DNA of 34,955 bases from Collodictyon triciliatum (taxonomy: Eukaryota), in assembly GCA_043381765.1 (NCBI GenBank), contig JBHJMP010000080.1, positions 1 to 34,955 on the forward strand, read 5' to 3'. A model generated the notes under the pieces. The model was given only the letters and a program-made list of their open reading frames with translations, made no database searches and was not told the DNA's origin. Of the stretch, positions 12,966 to 28,054 are shown piece by piece; position 1 is the first letter of the stretch, and every line of letters begins with the position of its first letter. Both the position numbers and the translations under genes were made by a program.

Positions 12966-13439
12966 CTGTGTGATTGAGAAAGGTCGACTGCCGAATTGTC
13001 CTTCGTTATAATCATTGTCAGCATTATCTTTAATCGAGATTAATGAACGAAATAAAAAAAAATAAACTGCTCGGAGAGAGAAGGCTTGCAGGTTTAGCAA
13101 CGAAAGGATTCGCCGATCCACATCACTCTGAGCTTCGAGAGATCGAGTGCGCCAAACTTAACTTTGCGGTTGAAGAAAGAATGAAATCTTCCACATTTGT
13201 ATATATTCGGTTGTAAAGGTTTGTGCTTTCTCTCTTTTTTTTTAAGGATGCGCTTCGTTGCGATTACCTCTTATTATCGTTTCCTCATTTTATCCAATTC
13301 AAAACGGTGATTACTTCTGATTAATTGGCACCAAGATTTTGTCATGCTTCTACTTTGTTGTGTTTGTTTTCTTTTTTGTGCGAATGATTTCATAAAATAA
13401 GTTGCCTTTTTTTTATGGTGTCGAAAGCTCGTGTGGCTC

Positions 13440-14675
13440 TCAATGGCAGAAAGAGCGTCCGTTCTTTTGCAGGTATTTTTGATGGTATTCTTCGGCAGGG
13501 TAGAAGACAACCGCAGGCACAATTTGTGTTACAATTGGGCGACTGAATCGCTTCTGCACTTCCTTGACAGACTCTTCAGCTTCCAGCTTTTGTGCTTCTT
13601 CATGGTAAAATATGGCAGATCGGTACTGACTACCAACGTCGGGGCCCTACAGCTCGTGGTTTCAGTGTTTGGTTCTCTCCCTTTTCTTTTATTCGCTGAT
13701 TAGCTGACCCCCGTGAAAGCAGAAAGCAACCAAACATAAAACATAAAACATAAAACATAAAACATAAAACATAAAACATAAAACATAAAACATAAAACAT
13801 AAAACATAAAACATAAAACATAAAACATAAAACATAAAACAAACAAAACAAACCAAACAAACCAAACAAACACAAAAAATAAATGTATAAATGTCTTTGA
13901 TACAATTTTAAGTGCATATGCATGAAATTGTATTACTATATGTTGAATAAGTAAACATGATTTTTATATGGAAGACACGAGAATTACCTGTCGGTTTAGA
14001 GTTGTCGGGTCGTGAGACTTCCAAAATATGTCCAGCAACTGGCGATAGCTATACATGTTATAGGTTCAATACTAGAATACCTTACCATTGATTTGGTGGG
14101 GAAGTTGCACAAGTTAACTTTGCCTGTATTTCGGGTTGACATGATGGGAATATATCCTCAAGATTTAACATATGTCAAGCACTCCCAGATAAGTTATTAC
14201 ATGTGACCGAGAAAATTGCCAAGGATAAAACTAGGATAATAGACAGGAACTGGATGGATGAAAGAAATTGTGGGGCTTTATCTCTACAACTCACACCTGA
14301 CCTGACCCTCATCATAGTCGATAAGAATAGCCTCAGCGTGACCGGTTGTGTCCGAGCAGACTTGCTGTGTAATATAGAAAAGCAAGGCATGAATTAAGAG
14401 AGCAGCAGAAAACACGGCAGTTGCTCATGAGCAGGATGACGCCGACCGTGAGTTCAGCTAGATATCCTCAACCCAAAGACAACCGCCCAGACCCTCTCGC
14501 ATCGGCTGAAACTAAAACTCCTGGAAAGAATGAACACAAAAGAGTGTACCCTGTATGTTGGATTCAGGACAAAGCCGCCAGTGTAGCCGACAAGGGTTTT
14601 CTTGACCCCAGCCAACTTCATGAAGGTGGACTCGACTCCCCAGAAGCAGCCGGCTGCAAAGGTTGCCTGCTTCAT
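13440..14675 (-). CDS. msrA: Peptide methionine-S-sulfoxide reductase MsrA, 153 aa, 4 exons
   Basis: Exons 14675-14550, 14364-14297, 14048-13988 and 13646-13440 give [15 protein letters not shown]...[17 protein letters not shown]...[34 protein letters not shown]...[21 protein letters not shown]. All MsrA signature motifs are present. Confidence 0.97.
13732..13840. repeat. (AAAACAT)n heptamer repeat in msrA intron 3
   Basis: Read directly. Confidence 0.95.
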
Positions 14676-15197
14676 TCCTGAGCTTCCTTGACTTGAAACC
14701 TGAGAGTATGGGTACGAGTGAACTGGGGCACAGGTTCTTGCGACAGACTTCCTGCAGGTTTTTTCTGGAAGCTTCCGCCAGAGAACTGCTGCGTTTTATG
14801 CGATCGCACCAGACATCAATTCCGCACACAGAAAGCAAGGCATCTGGCTCGATTTTCATCGCTTGTTTACTATCTTGTGTAAATATGCATATTTATCTTT
14901 TTTTGATTTATATATACTGATTTTAAATGAGAATGAAGATACAGATAGGTATATGCAGTAATTTCCACATGCATTAAATTAATCTGGAATTGCATTCTCA
15001 AGACGAAAAATGAATCAGTTTTAGTTTGGCTTGATCGAACAGGAAGCAGGCTGACCGCATCCTCCGATGTTTGCTGAAGCCACAAAGACCCAAGGCACAG
15101 TTGCCCACATACTCGAAATCTAGCAACAACCCAAAGCCAGTAATGTTCTACAATTCTCAGATGAGGCACGACCTCTTTTCTGCAGTTTTTTTGGCTC

Positions 15198-15314
15198 CAA
15201 TACAATACAATACAATACAATACAATACAATACAATACAATACAATACAATACAATACAATACAATACAATACAATACAATACAATACAATACAATACAA
15301 TACAATACAATACA
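15198..15314. repeat. (TACAA)n pentamer repeat just upstream of the Nup160 start
   Basis: Perfect array in the divergent msrA/Nup160 intergenic region. Confidence 0.97.
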
Positions 15315-15336
15315 GTAAAATACAAGGTGAAAATCT

Positions 15337-20403
<5,067 letters not shown>

Positions 20404-20510
20404 GTATGTCTATTCCAAAATAAGTTGTGTTGACTAAAAAAAAAATATTGCTTGGTTTGGTGATGTAAAGAGTCACTTTTAGACAATATTATGTTATTCT
20501 TATTACTACC

Positions 20511-20822
20511 TTTACTTTACTTTACTTTACTTTACTTTACTTTACTTTNNNNNNNTTTACTTTACTTTACTTTACTTTACTTTACTTTACTTTACTTNNN
20601 NNNNNNNNNNNNNNNNNNNNTTTACTTTACTTTACTTTACTTTACTTTACTTTATTTTACTTTATTTTATTTTACTTTACTTTACTTTACTTTACTTTAC
20701 TTTACTTTTATTTTCATCTTATTTTACTTTTATTTTACTTTTATTTTCATTTTACTTTACTTTACTTTTATTTTACTTTTACTTTTACTTTTACTTTTAC
20801 TTTTACTTTTACTTTTACTTTT
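20511..20822. repeat. (TTTAC)n/(TTTTAC)n array containing gaps 20549-20555 and 20598-20620
   Basis: Read directly; lies at the junction between the Nup160 5' half and the truncated IFT70. Confidence 0.95.
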
Positions 20823-20899
20823 CTTTAAATTTCTTTACTTTGCTTTGCTTTGCTTTACTTAACTTTATTTTATTTTATTTTATTTTCACTCTGCTGTAG

Positions 20900-23800
20900 C
20901 TATGAAAGTCTGGTCAAACTCTTCCCCGAGGTCGATGAGTATCGCTTGTATCATTCCCAATGTCTGTTCAAGTCTGGCCAGTATGTTGAGGCCACAAAGA
21001 GTGCACACTTGATTGAAAATACACAGTATGCGCAGCGGGTAAGTGGCCCTATATTTTTCAGCAGTTTCACCTAGGCTTTTTTGCATGAGCAACTATTCAT
21101 GTATCCCCTTTTAATATCCAACTCCAGGATTATTTTTTCTTTGGTATTTTTGATTCATATATCTGTTTTCTTTATCTGCTCATCTTTTCACAACATTAAG
21201 CGGGAAATTCTTGGAGCCCAAGGTTCTCACTCTATTCAATTTTATGGCAGGTCACCAAATTGAAAGTCAATATCAGCTATGAGCAAGGGGACATTGAAGG
21301 AGCTCGTTCGTTGCTAGATCAGCTTCCCGACGATGGTGATACTATCGTGAATCTTGGGTGTCTGCTTTTCAAGGTTTCTCTCCAATTTCTATTTGGATTG
21401 ATATTTGTATTCCTTGCTCTTATATCCAAGGAGTCTCACTTCTCCAATAGCATGGGAGATTATTTATTTATTTATTTATTTATTTTTAAAAAACTCTACA
21501 TAACCAGGAGGGACAGTTCGAAGAGGCACGTATGAAGTTTACTGAGGCGATGAATTCGATGGAATATCAACCGCAGCTTGTTTATAATGTGGCGCTGTGC
21601 TACTACAAGCAGAAACAGTACGGTATGGCATTGAAACATGTTGCTGAGGTGATTGAGCGCGGCATTCAAGAGCATCCTGGTATGTTGCAATATTCGTTGT
21701 CTTCCTTATTCGATAAAAGTTCAAATCATAATGTCTATTCTCAAATTTATTAATTTCGTCAATCAATGCGGGGCATTCTATTGACTGCCTATCTTTCAGT
21801 ACTCAGGAAGGCGTTTTGTAACCTTTGTTCTTTAAAAATAATAATTAGAATTGAGCGTTGGAAGCAATGCAGACGGTGTGGAGGCACACAGCGTTGGAAA
21901 TACTGGGGTTCTGTTGGAGACAGCACTTATTGAAGCGTTCAATCTGAAAGCTGCGATCGAGTATCTAATGAAAAATGGTTTGGCATACTACCTGTTCCAC
22001 GATATCGCCGTGATTAAATTGAAAATCAAAGTAACAACATGCGACGTAAGCAATTATGGTGTTTTTAAAAGGAAAATGATTTGTGCACAAACAGAGGAAG
22101 CTGCAAGAGAGGCACTGGCCAATATGCCTCCACGAGCAGAGGAAGAGCTTGACCCTGTCACCCTTCATAACCAAGCGCTTATGAACATGGATTCAGATCC
22201 AACAACGTGAGCCTTTTCCACATTTTCCTATATTTTGTTCATGATGATATAGTGATAAGTATAAAACAAACTTGCTGTCGTAGCTCAGCTAGGTTTTGCT
22301 TGTGTCTTCATTTATGTGAACTCTCATAACCTGTCTTCACTATTACGATTATTTGATATATTACTTTCCACAGCGGTTTCCGGAAGCTCAATTATCTGCT
22401 GCAAAGTGTTCCATGCCCCACTGAGACATTCTCCAACTTGCTTATTCTTTATTGCAAGTTCCAGCACTTTGACCTTGCTGCAGACGTGATGGCTGAAAAC
22501 TCCTCTTTGACTTATGATGCACTCTCTCCTGTACACTTTCTTTTATCTTCAAATTCCTTTTCGTTTTTTTCTATTTTTACAAAAAAAAAAATTCGACGAA
22601 ATATGCATAACTTTCTAGTATATGACTATCCGAGCGTCTTTAAATATTTATACGTAAACACGGTAGGAAATATTTGAGTTTTTGGATGCTACCATCATGT
22701 CTCAAAGTGCACCAGAAGAAGCATATAGAAAATTCGAGGACTTGTCAAAGAAACATGTAATTTGCTGTTAAAATTCATTTGAATGTGGTTATTTGGTTTT
22801 ATTTAGTAAATAGACTAATTCAGGAATTGATTCCATTTCATGATTCTTATTACTCTTTTTAGACCGAAACACTTCGGAAATTGACCAAGCAAGTCCAGGA
22901 TGCTCGACTAGCCCATGATAACGAAGGAGTAAAACGAGCTGTAAAGGATTACGACATGGCCTTAGAAAAGTACACCATAACATCTTGTAATTTATAAAAA
23001 GAGAAAGAAACCACATTCACACACCAACACAGGAGCTATTTGCAACACTATACGATACTTTGCAAGTAAATATATGGCCATGCTAGGTATCTTTTAGACT
23101 AAGAATAATGACCAATACTCTGCACTTGTTCATCATAGATATGTCCCTGTACTAATGTCACAAGCTCGCATTTACTGGGAATTGCAAAATTATGAAATGG
23201 TGGAGAAACTCTTCAGGCAGTCCGCAGAATTTTGCTCCGAGCACGATGTATGGAAGTTGAATGTGGCACATGTCTTCTTTATGCAAGAAGCCAAATACAA
23301 AGAGGCCATTCGATATTATGAACCAATCGTCAAGAAGCAACAAGATGATGTAAGTTGACATACATATATTTTTCTCCCATCCATTTTCCTTTAATTTCTC
23401 TTTAATTCATATGCTGTGTAGTTTGAACAGATGTTAACAGAATCAAATGTAGATTCTCCAAATTCCCGCCATGATTCTGGCCAATCTCTGTGTATCATAT
23501 ATCATGACAAGCCAGAATGAAGAGGTCAAAACACAATATTTTTTTAATCCACGCAAATTGCCATTCATACGAATATATAATTATCTTGCATTTTTTTTAA
23601 AATAAAAATACTCGAAAATAACTCGTTTATTATTTTTTTAGGCCGAAGAATTAATGCGCAGAATAGAGCGTGAAGAAGAGCGGGTTACTTTTAACGATGC
23701 TGAAAAGAAGACTTACCACCTTTGTATTGTGAACCTGGTCATTGGTACTCTATACTGCGCTAAAGTAATTGTTCAACAGGCAGCTTTGTTCATTCGTAAT

Positions 23801-24609
23801 TCCCAATCACGGAAGCGAGAAGAAAAAGTAAATATCATAATTGCACATCTAGGGAAATTTTGAGTTTGGTATTTCTCGAGTTATTAAGAGCCTGGAACCT
23901 TTTGAGAAAAAACTCGGCACAGATACATGGTTAGATAACAATATATAAAATCTCTTGTATATTTTCTTTTCTTTAATTTCTTTTCATGGAATGGTACGTA
24001 TTATAATATAGGACTCTTGATGTTATGATAATCAAAGTATACTTTATTGCGTGAAATACCCCCGTATATGCAGCCCAAAGTCATTTCATTATTGTTTTTT
24101 TTTTCATGTTTCTTTATACTTTGAATAACTTATTAGGTACTATTCCAAGAGATGCCTGATTGCTTTATGTGAGACACTCGCCAAACACATGATAATGCTT
24201 AAAGATGCATCCTACTACGACATTCTGAAGTTTCTGGAAGGAGTCGAAGTTTGCATTCTTTTTTTTTAATTTCTTTCCCTTAATTGTCTTCATTCCGCCG
24301 CATGAATGGATTCATCAAAGATGACTACTCGCTAATCGCGTCGTCCCTCGCAGAACGCTGGGAAGACAATACCGGCTGTGATTCACGTGCATCCGAATGC
24401 AAAGATCGACCCGCTCAAGAATCTTGTCAGGTTTGTCAGCCATGAGATAAGGCGAATGAAAGCACATTGGCGAAACACACAAAACCAGACATGTTCGTTG
24501 ATATGATACAACTGCATGACACGCGTAATGTCTTATTTCATCGCGATTCGACTTTAGTTATGAGGCACGCCAGATTCGAAGAATGTTTCTGAAACTATTG
24601 GATTGGTGA
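20900..24609 (+). CDS. TTC30: Intraflagellar transport protein IFT70/TTC30 (fleer/DYF-1), TPR protein; N-terminal exon(s) absent
   Basis: About 15 exons, including YESLVKLFPEVDEYRLYHSQCLFK, YNVALCYY...ALKHVAEVIERGIQEHPELSVG, LIEAFNLKAAIEY, MPPRAEEELDPVTLHNQALMNMD, FRQSAEFCSEHDVWKLNVAHVFFMQE, HLCIVNLVIGTLYCAKGNFEFGISRVIKSLEP, SYEARQIRRMFLKL; TGA 24607-24609. The first visible exon starts in phase 2 with no ATG. Confidence 0.96.
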
Positions 24610-25004
24610 TAAAGTCCCTTTCTGTGATTGATTCTGTCAGAGTCGGTGACAAGCAGTGTGCCTGTTTTTTGTTTTTTTTTTTTAAAAAAAAATGATGCAG
24701 TTTTGCTTTTGCAACGTGTCAGGTTTCATTGTGGATATGACGGATTCGAAACATGAAAAAAAAAAAACTATCATCAAATCATCAAATAAACAACCAAAAA
24801 AAAATAAAACTAAAATGGTTATTAGCTGCAGCGCCTACCATTAATAATCTTGCGATGGGGTGAAAGTGCCCATCTCCATTTTATTTTATTTTATAGGGGA
24901 AGGAGTGAAAGAAAAGGTTGGTAAATAGTTTATCCAAATGTCATTTCGTTTGACAAGAGAAAGAAAAGAAGTAGATGAATGACGCCTTTGTGTCTCTGCT
25001 TTCT

Positions 25005-26269
25005 TCAGGCACTTTTGTGTGACTCCAGGAAATGGATGATTTCCTCGAGAGACTCGTCAGTCAAATCCTGATTGTGTTGATTCTCCTCTTCATTTCCGTA
25101 ACGCTTTAATGTTGGAATCATCTCTTTGCATTTTTCTATGTCGCTCGGCACGAGTTCGCAGAGCGCAGCCACCTCGAAGCCTTCCAGCTGCTTGTCCGCA
25201 AGGAATCTTGTTGGTGGTTGCGATGGTTAAAATATCGCGGTTTCTTTTCTTTTCTTAATAGTCGCGAATACATGGAGATTGTGAATGATAAAGGAGAGAT
25301 GGCATTACCTGTGGACAGCGTGGAGTTCACTTTCTTCAAACTTCCTCGACTTTGTCGAGTATTCGAGAAACTTTGTGAATCTACGAGGATGGTGGGTTTG
25401 GTTTACATTATGCGATGTGAATGAAAAGCAAAGGATCGAGAATCTCATGTCATGGTAAATATGTAGACTCGGTGTTATATGTTTTATTATGATTATTATT
25501 ATTATGATTGTGATTGTGATTGTGATTGTGATTGTGATAGTGATTGTGATTATAATAAAAACAACAGTGGTTATCATCACGATGAAATGGGCATCGGTGA
25601 ACGAAGGAATGAAAAAAGAATTTACAGCTCATCATTTTCCATCGTCTTCATTCGCTTGTCAAGCTCTTTCTTCCGCTGGCTCAGAAGATTGAAAGCGTGT
25701 GACGAGGAGAGGAATACTGCGTTGTTAAACTCTGCGTATTTGAAATGTATTTAGCCAGTGAGGGAAAAAAAAAAGAACGAGATGAGGCCTGACAGAGAAG
25801 GTTCTCGGTAAGATCGGTTCTGTTGTTGATATACTGAGATATCTGAACGACTCGAAAAGGCCAAAAAGAAAAATGAAAAGAGAAAAGAAAAGAGAAAAGA
25901 AAAGAAAAGAAAAAAAGAAAAAGAAAAAGAAAAAGAAAAGAAAAAGAAAAAGAAAAAGAAATGAAAAAAGAAATGAAAAGGAAAGAAAAAGAAAAAGAAA
26001 AAGAAAAAGAAAAAGAAAAAGAAAAGAAAAAGAAAAAGAAAAAGAAAAAGAAAAAGAAAAGAAAAAGAAAAGGAAATGAAAAGGAAATGAAAAGGAAATG
26101 AAAAAACAAAAAGGAAAAGAAACGACTCGAAAAGGCCTATAAGAAAAAGGGAAAGAAACGAAACGAAAAGGAAAAGGAAAAGAAAAAGAAAAAAGAAAAG
26201 AAAAGGGTCACCTTTCGGAAACTTCAGCGATTGGGCGCACTCGTCATCATATCCTTCTGGAAAGTTCAT
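25005..26269 (-). CDS. RPB4: RNA polymerase II subunit RPB4, 4 exons
   Basis: Exons 26269-26212, 25731-25626, 25380-25309 and 25206-25005 give MNFPEGYDDECAQSLKFPKEFNNAVFLSSSHAFNLLSQRK...LFTKFLEYSTKSRKF...LEGFEVAALCELVPSDIEKCKEMIPTL...DESLEEII...*, matching the RPB4 pattern (LxFPKEF, FExAxLxxLxP, IPSL). Confidence 0.88.
25487..25556. repeat. (GATTGT)n/(ATT)n repeat in RPB4 intron 2
   Basis: Read directly. Confidence 0.9.
25863..26204. repeat. (GAAAA/GAAAAA)n purine tract in RPB4 intron 1; the main part is bracketed by a 17-bp direct repeat
   Basis: AACGACTCGAAAAGGCC occurs at 25846-25862 and 26121-26137. Confidence 0.9.
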
Positions 26270-27021
26270 GTTGGCAAGTTCTGTCCGTATCTCCTTTATG
26301 TGTGAATATGTGTGCGTCGGCGTTGTTGTCTGAGTGGGTATTTTGTTTGGGCGGTTGTATGAGCCCGAGAGAATCAGCAGCATCGTGATCCGGTCAACCG
26401 TGATCGCTTTTTGTAGATTCCAATCATTTATTTTCCACAAAGGCAACAAAGCGATCTGAAATTCAGCCAAAACAGTACCTAGATTTATTGCATACATACT
26501 CAATTAGTGATTATATATAGCAGTTACGTATTAAATTGATATATGTCATATTTAATGAGACTATAAGCATGCAAACACAGTATATTATTAAATTCCAGAA
26601 TAAGGGTTTGGCCGAACCAAAGTCAAATATGTGCGACACAGGAATTCCGGCTCCAATCAATCCAACCACTTTGATCAGAAACACAGAATCCACGCCAAAC
26701 CTCGTGCGCTGTTCTGAGTTCTTTGAGAGGCGTCACTAAGCGAGCTTCAAAAACCTTCACTGCAAAGTCAGACGAAGTAGGGAAGCGGGACACCACTGTA
26801 TCCAGATTCATACCTTCTCACCCAGCAACGGGCTTTTTTGGCCTCGCTCCTCAGTCTTTTTTTTTGGGTGGTCAACGCAACTCAACATGTTTCTCTGTCT
26901 GTTTTTCTCTTTCTTCTTCCTTTTACTTTGTGGTAATACTTGCTTGTCGATTTTTTTTTTTTTTTGTATATGTTGACTATCTTAACTCATTGATTCAACT
27001 TAGTTTCATATTTTGTTGAGA

Positions 27022-27476
27022 ATGCTCAAGCAAAGCATCTTCTCTGGATTTTTATTATCGGGTCTGCTACATCTCTCCTTCGTCTCAGCCTTTTATCTAC
27101 CCGGCGTCGCCCCAGTGGATTACCCAGACGAAGCAAAAGTTGATCTCAAAGTATGCTTCCACCGGTTTTTTCTCCAAATTGCCTTTTTTATTTTATTTTA
27201 TTTTGTTTCTAGTCCTGTCTCCTTTTCACTTTGACGACAATGTTTGGCTCACGCTCTAATATATATTATTTTTCTTAAGTCTTGATGAGTCAGCAAATTA
27301 GGTCGGCAGTGAAATCTCCATTTTTCGAATAGGTGAACAAGTTGACTTCAGTAAAGACACAGCTACCATACGACTACTACTCCCTTCCGTTCTGCCGCCC
27401 GGCAAAAATTGAAAGCACTGTCGAGAACCTTGGTGAAGTTCTCTATGGAGATCGCATCCAAAACTCACGCTATGAG
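27022..27476 (+). CDS. TM9SF: Transmembrane 9 superfamily (TM9SF/EMP70, nonaspanin) protein, first two exons only
   Basis: Exons 27022-27150 and 27333-27476: signal peptide then [12 protein letters not shown]...[27 protein letters not shown]...[18 protein letters not shown], the diagnostic TM9SF N-terminus. The remainder is absent after the gap. Confidence 0.95.
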
Positions 27477-27626
27477 GTGATCTCGCTGTTCTATTGCTTC
27501 TATTTTATTACCTTTCGTGTCTGTTTACACTGCAGTGTTTTGATGTGCTAGTGGTATTTTGCCAACTTTTTTTTTATTGTGGCTGCTTGTTGTACTTGTT
27601 TGTAAAGAATTGGTTAGCAACAATGC

Positions 27627-27916
27627 CAAAAACAAAACAAAACAAAACAAAACAAAACAAAACAAAACAAAACAAAACAAAACAAAACAAAACAAAACAA
27701 AACAAAACAAAACAANNNNNNNNNNNNNNNNNNNNNNNNNNNNNNNNNNNNNNNNNNNNNNNNNNNNNNNNNNNNNNNNNNNNNNNNNNNNNNNNNNNNN
27801 NNNNNNNNNNNNNNNTTTACTTTACTTTACTTTACTTTACTTTACTTTACTTTACTTTACTTTACTTTACTTTACTTTACTTTACTTTACTTTACTTTAC
27901 TTTACTTTACTTTACT
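27627..27916. repeat. (AAAAC)n, then a 100-N gap (27716-27815), then (TTTAC)n
   Basis: Different repeats either side of an exactly 100-N gap. Confidence 0.95.
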
Positions 27917-28054
27917 GTACTTTACTGTACTGTTGTTTTTATGTTTGTTCAATCCGATTGTTTCTCCCCTTTATTTTTCTCTCATGATGTCGTCATTTTT
28001 GTTGAAAAAGAAGTACGAAATGCATACAGACAACGAACAACTAACAATAATTAG

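Noticed and set aside
14640-14655. Selenocysteine form of MsrA
   Set aside because: The catalytic codon is TGC (GCFW), not TGA; the only in-frame TGA is at the expected end after FCH.
22241-22373. Intronic C/D snoRNA (ATGATGA box C) in an IFT70 intron
   Set aside because: No downstream CTGA box D or terminal stem within the intron.
25779-25842. Extra exon in RPB4 intron 1 (DISVYQQQNRSYREPSLSGLIS)
   Set aside because: Its exit phase frameshifts the next exon into a TAA, while skipping it restores the conserved FPKEF; at most a poison exon.
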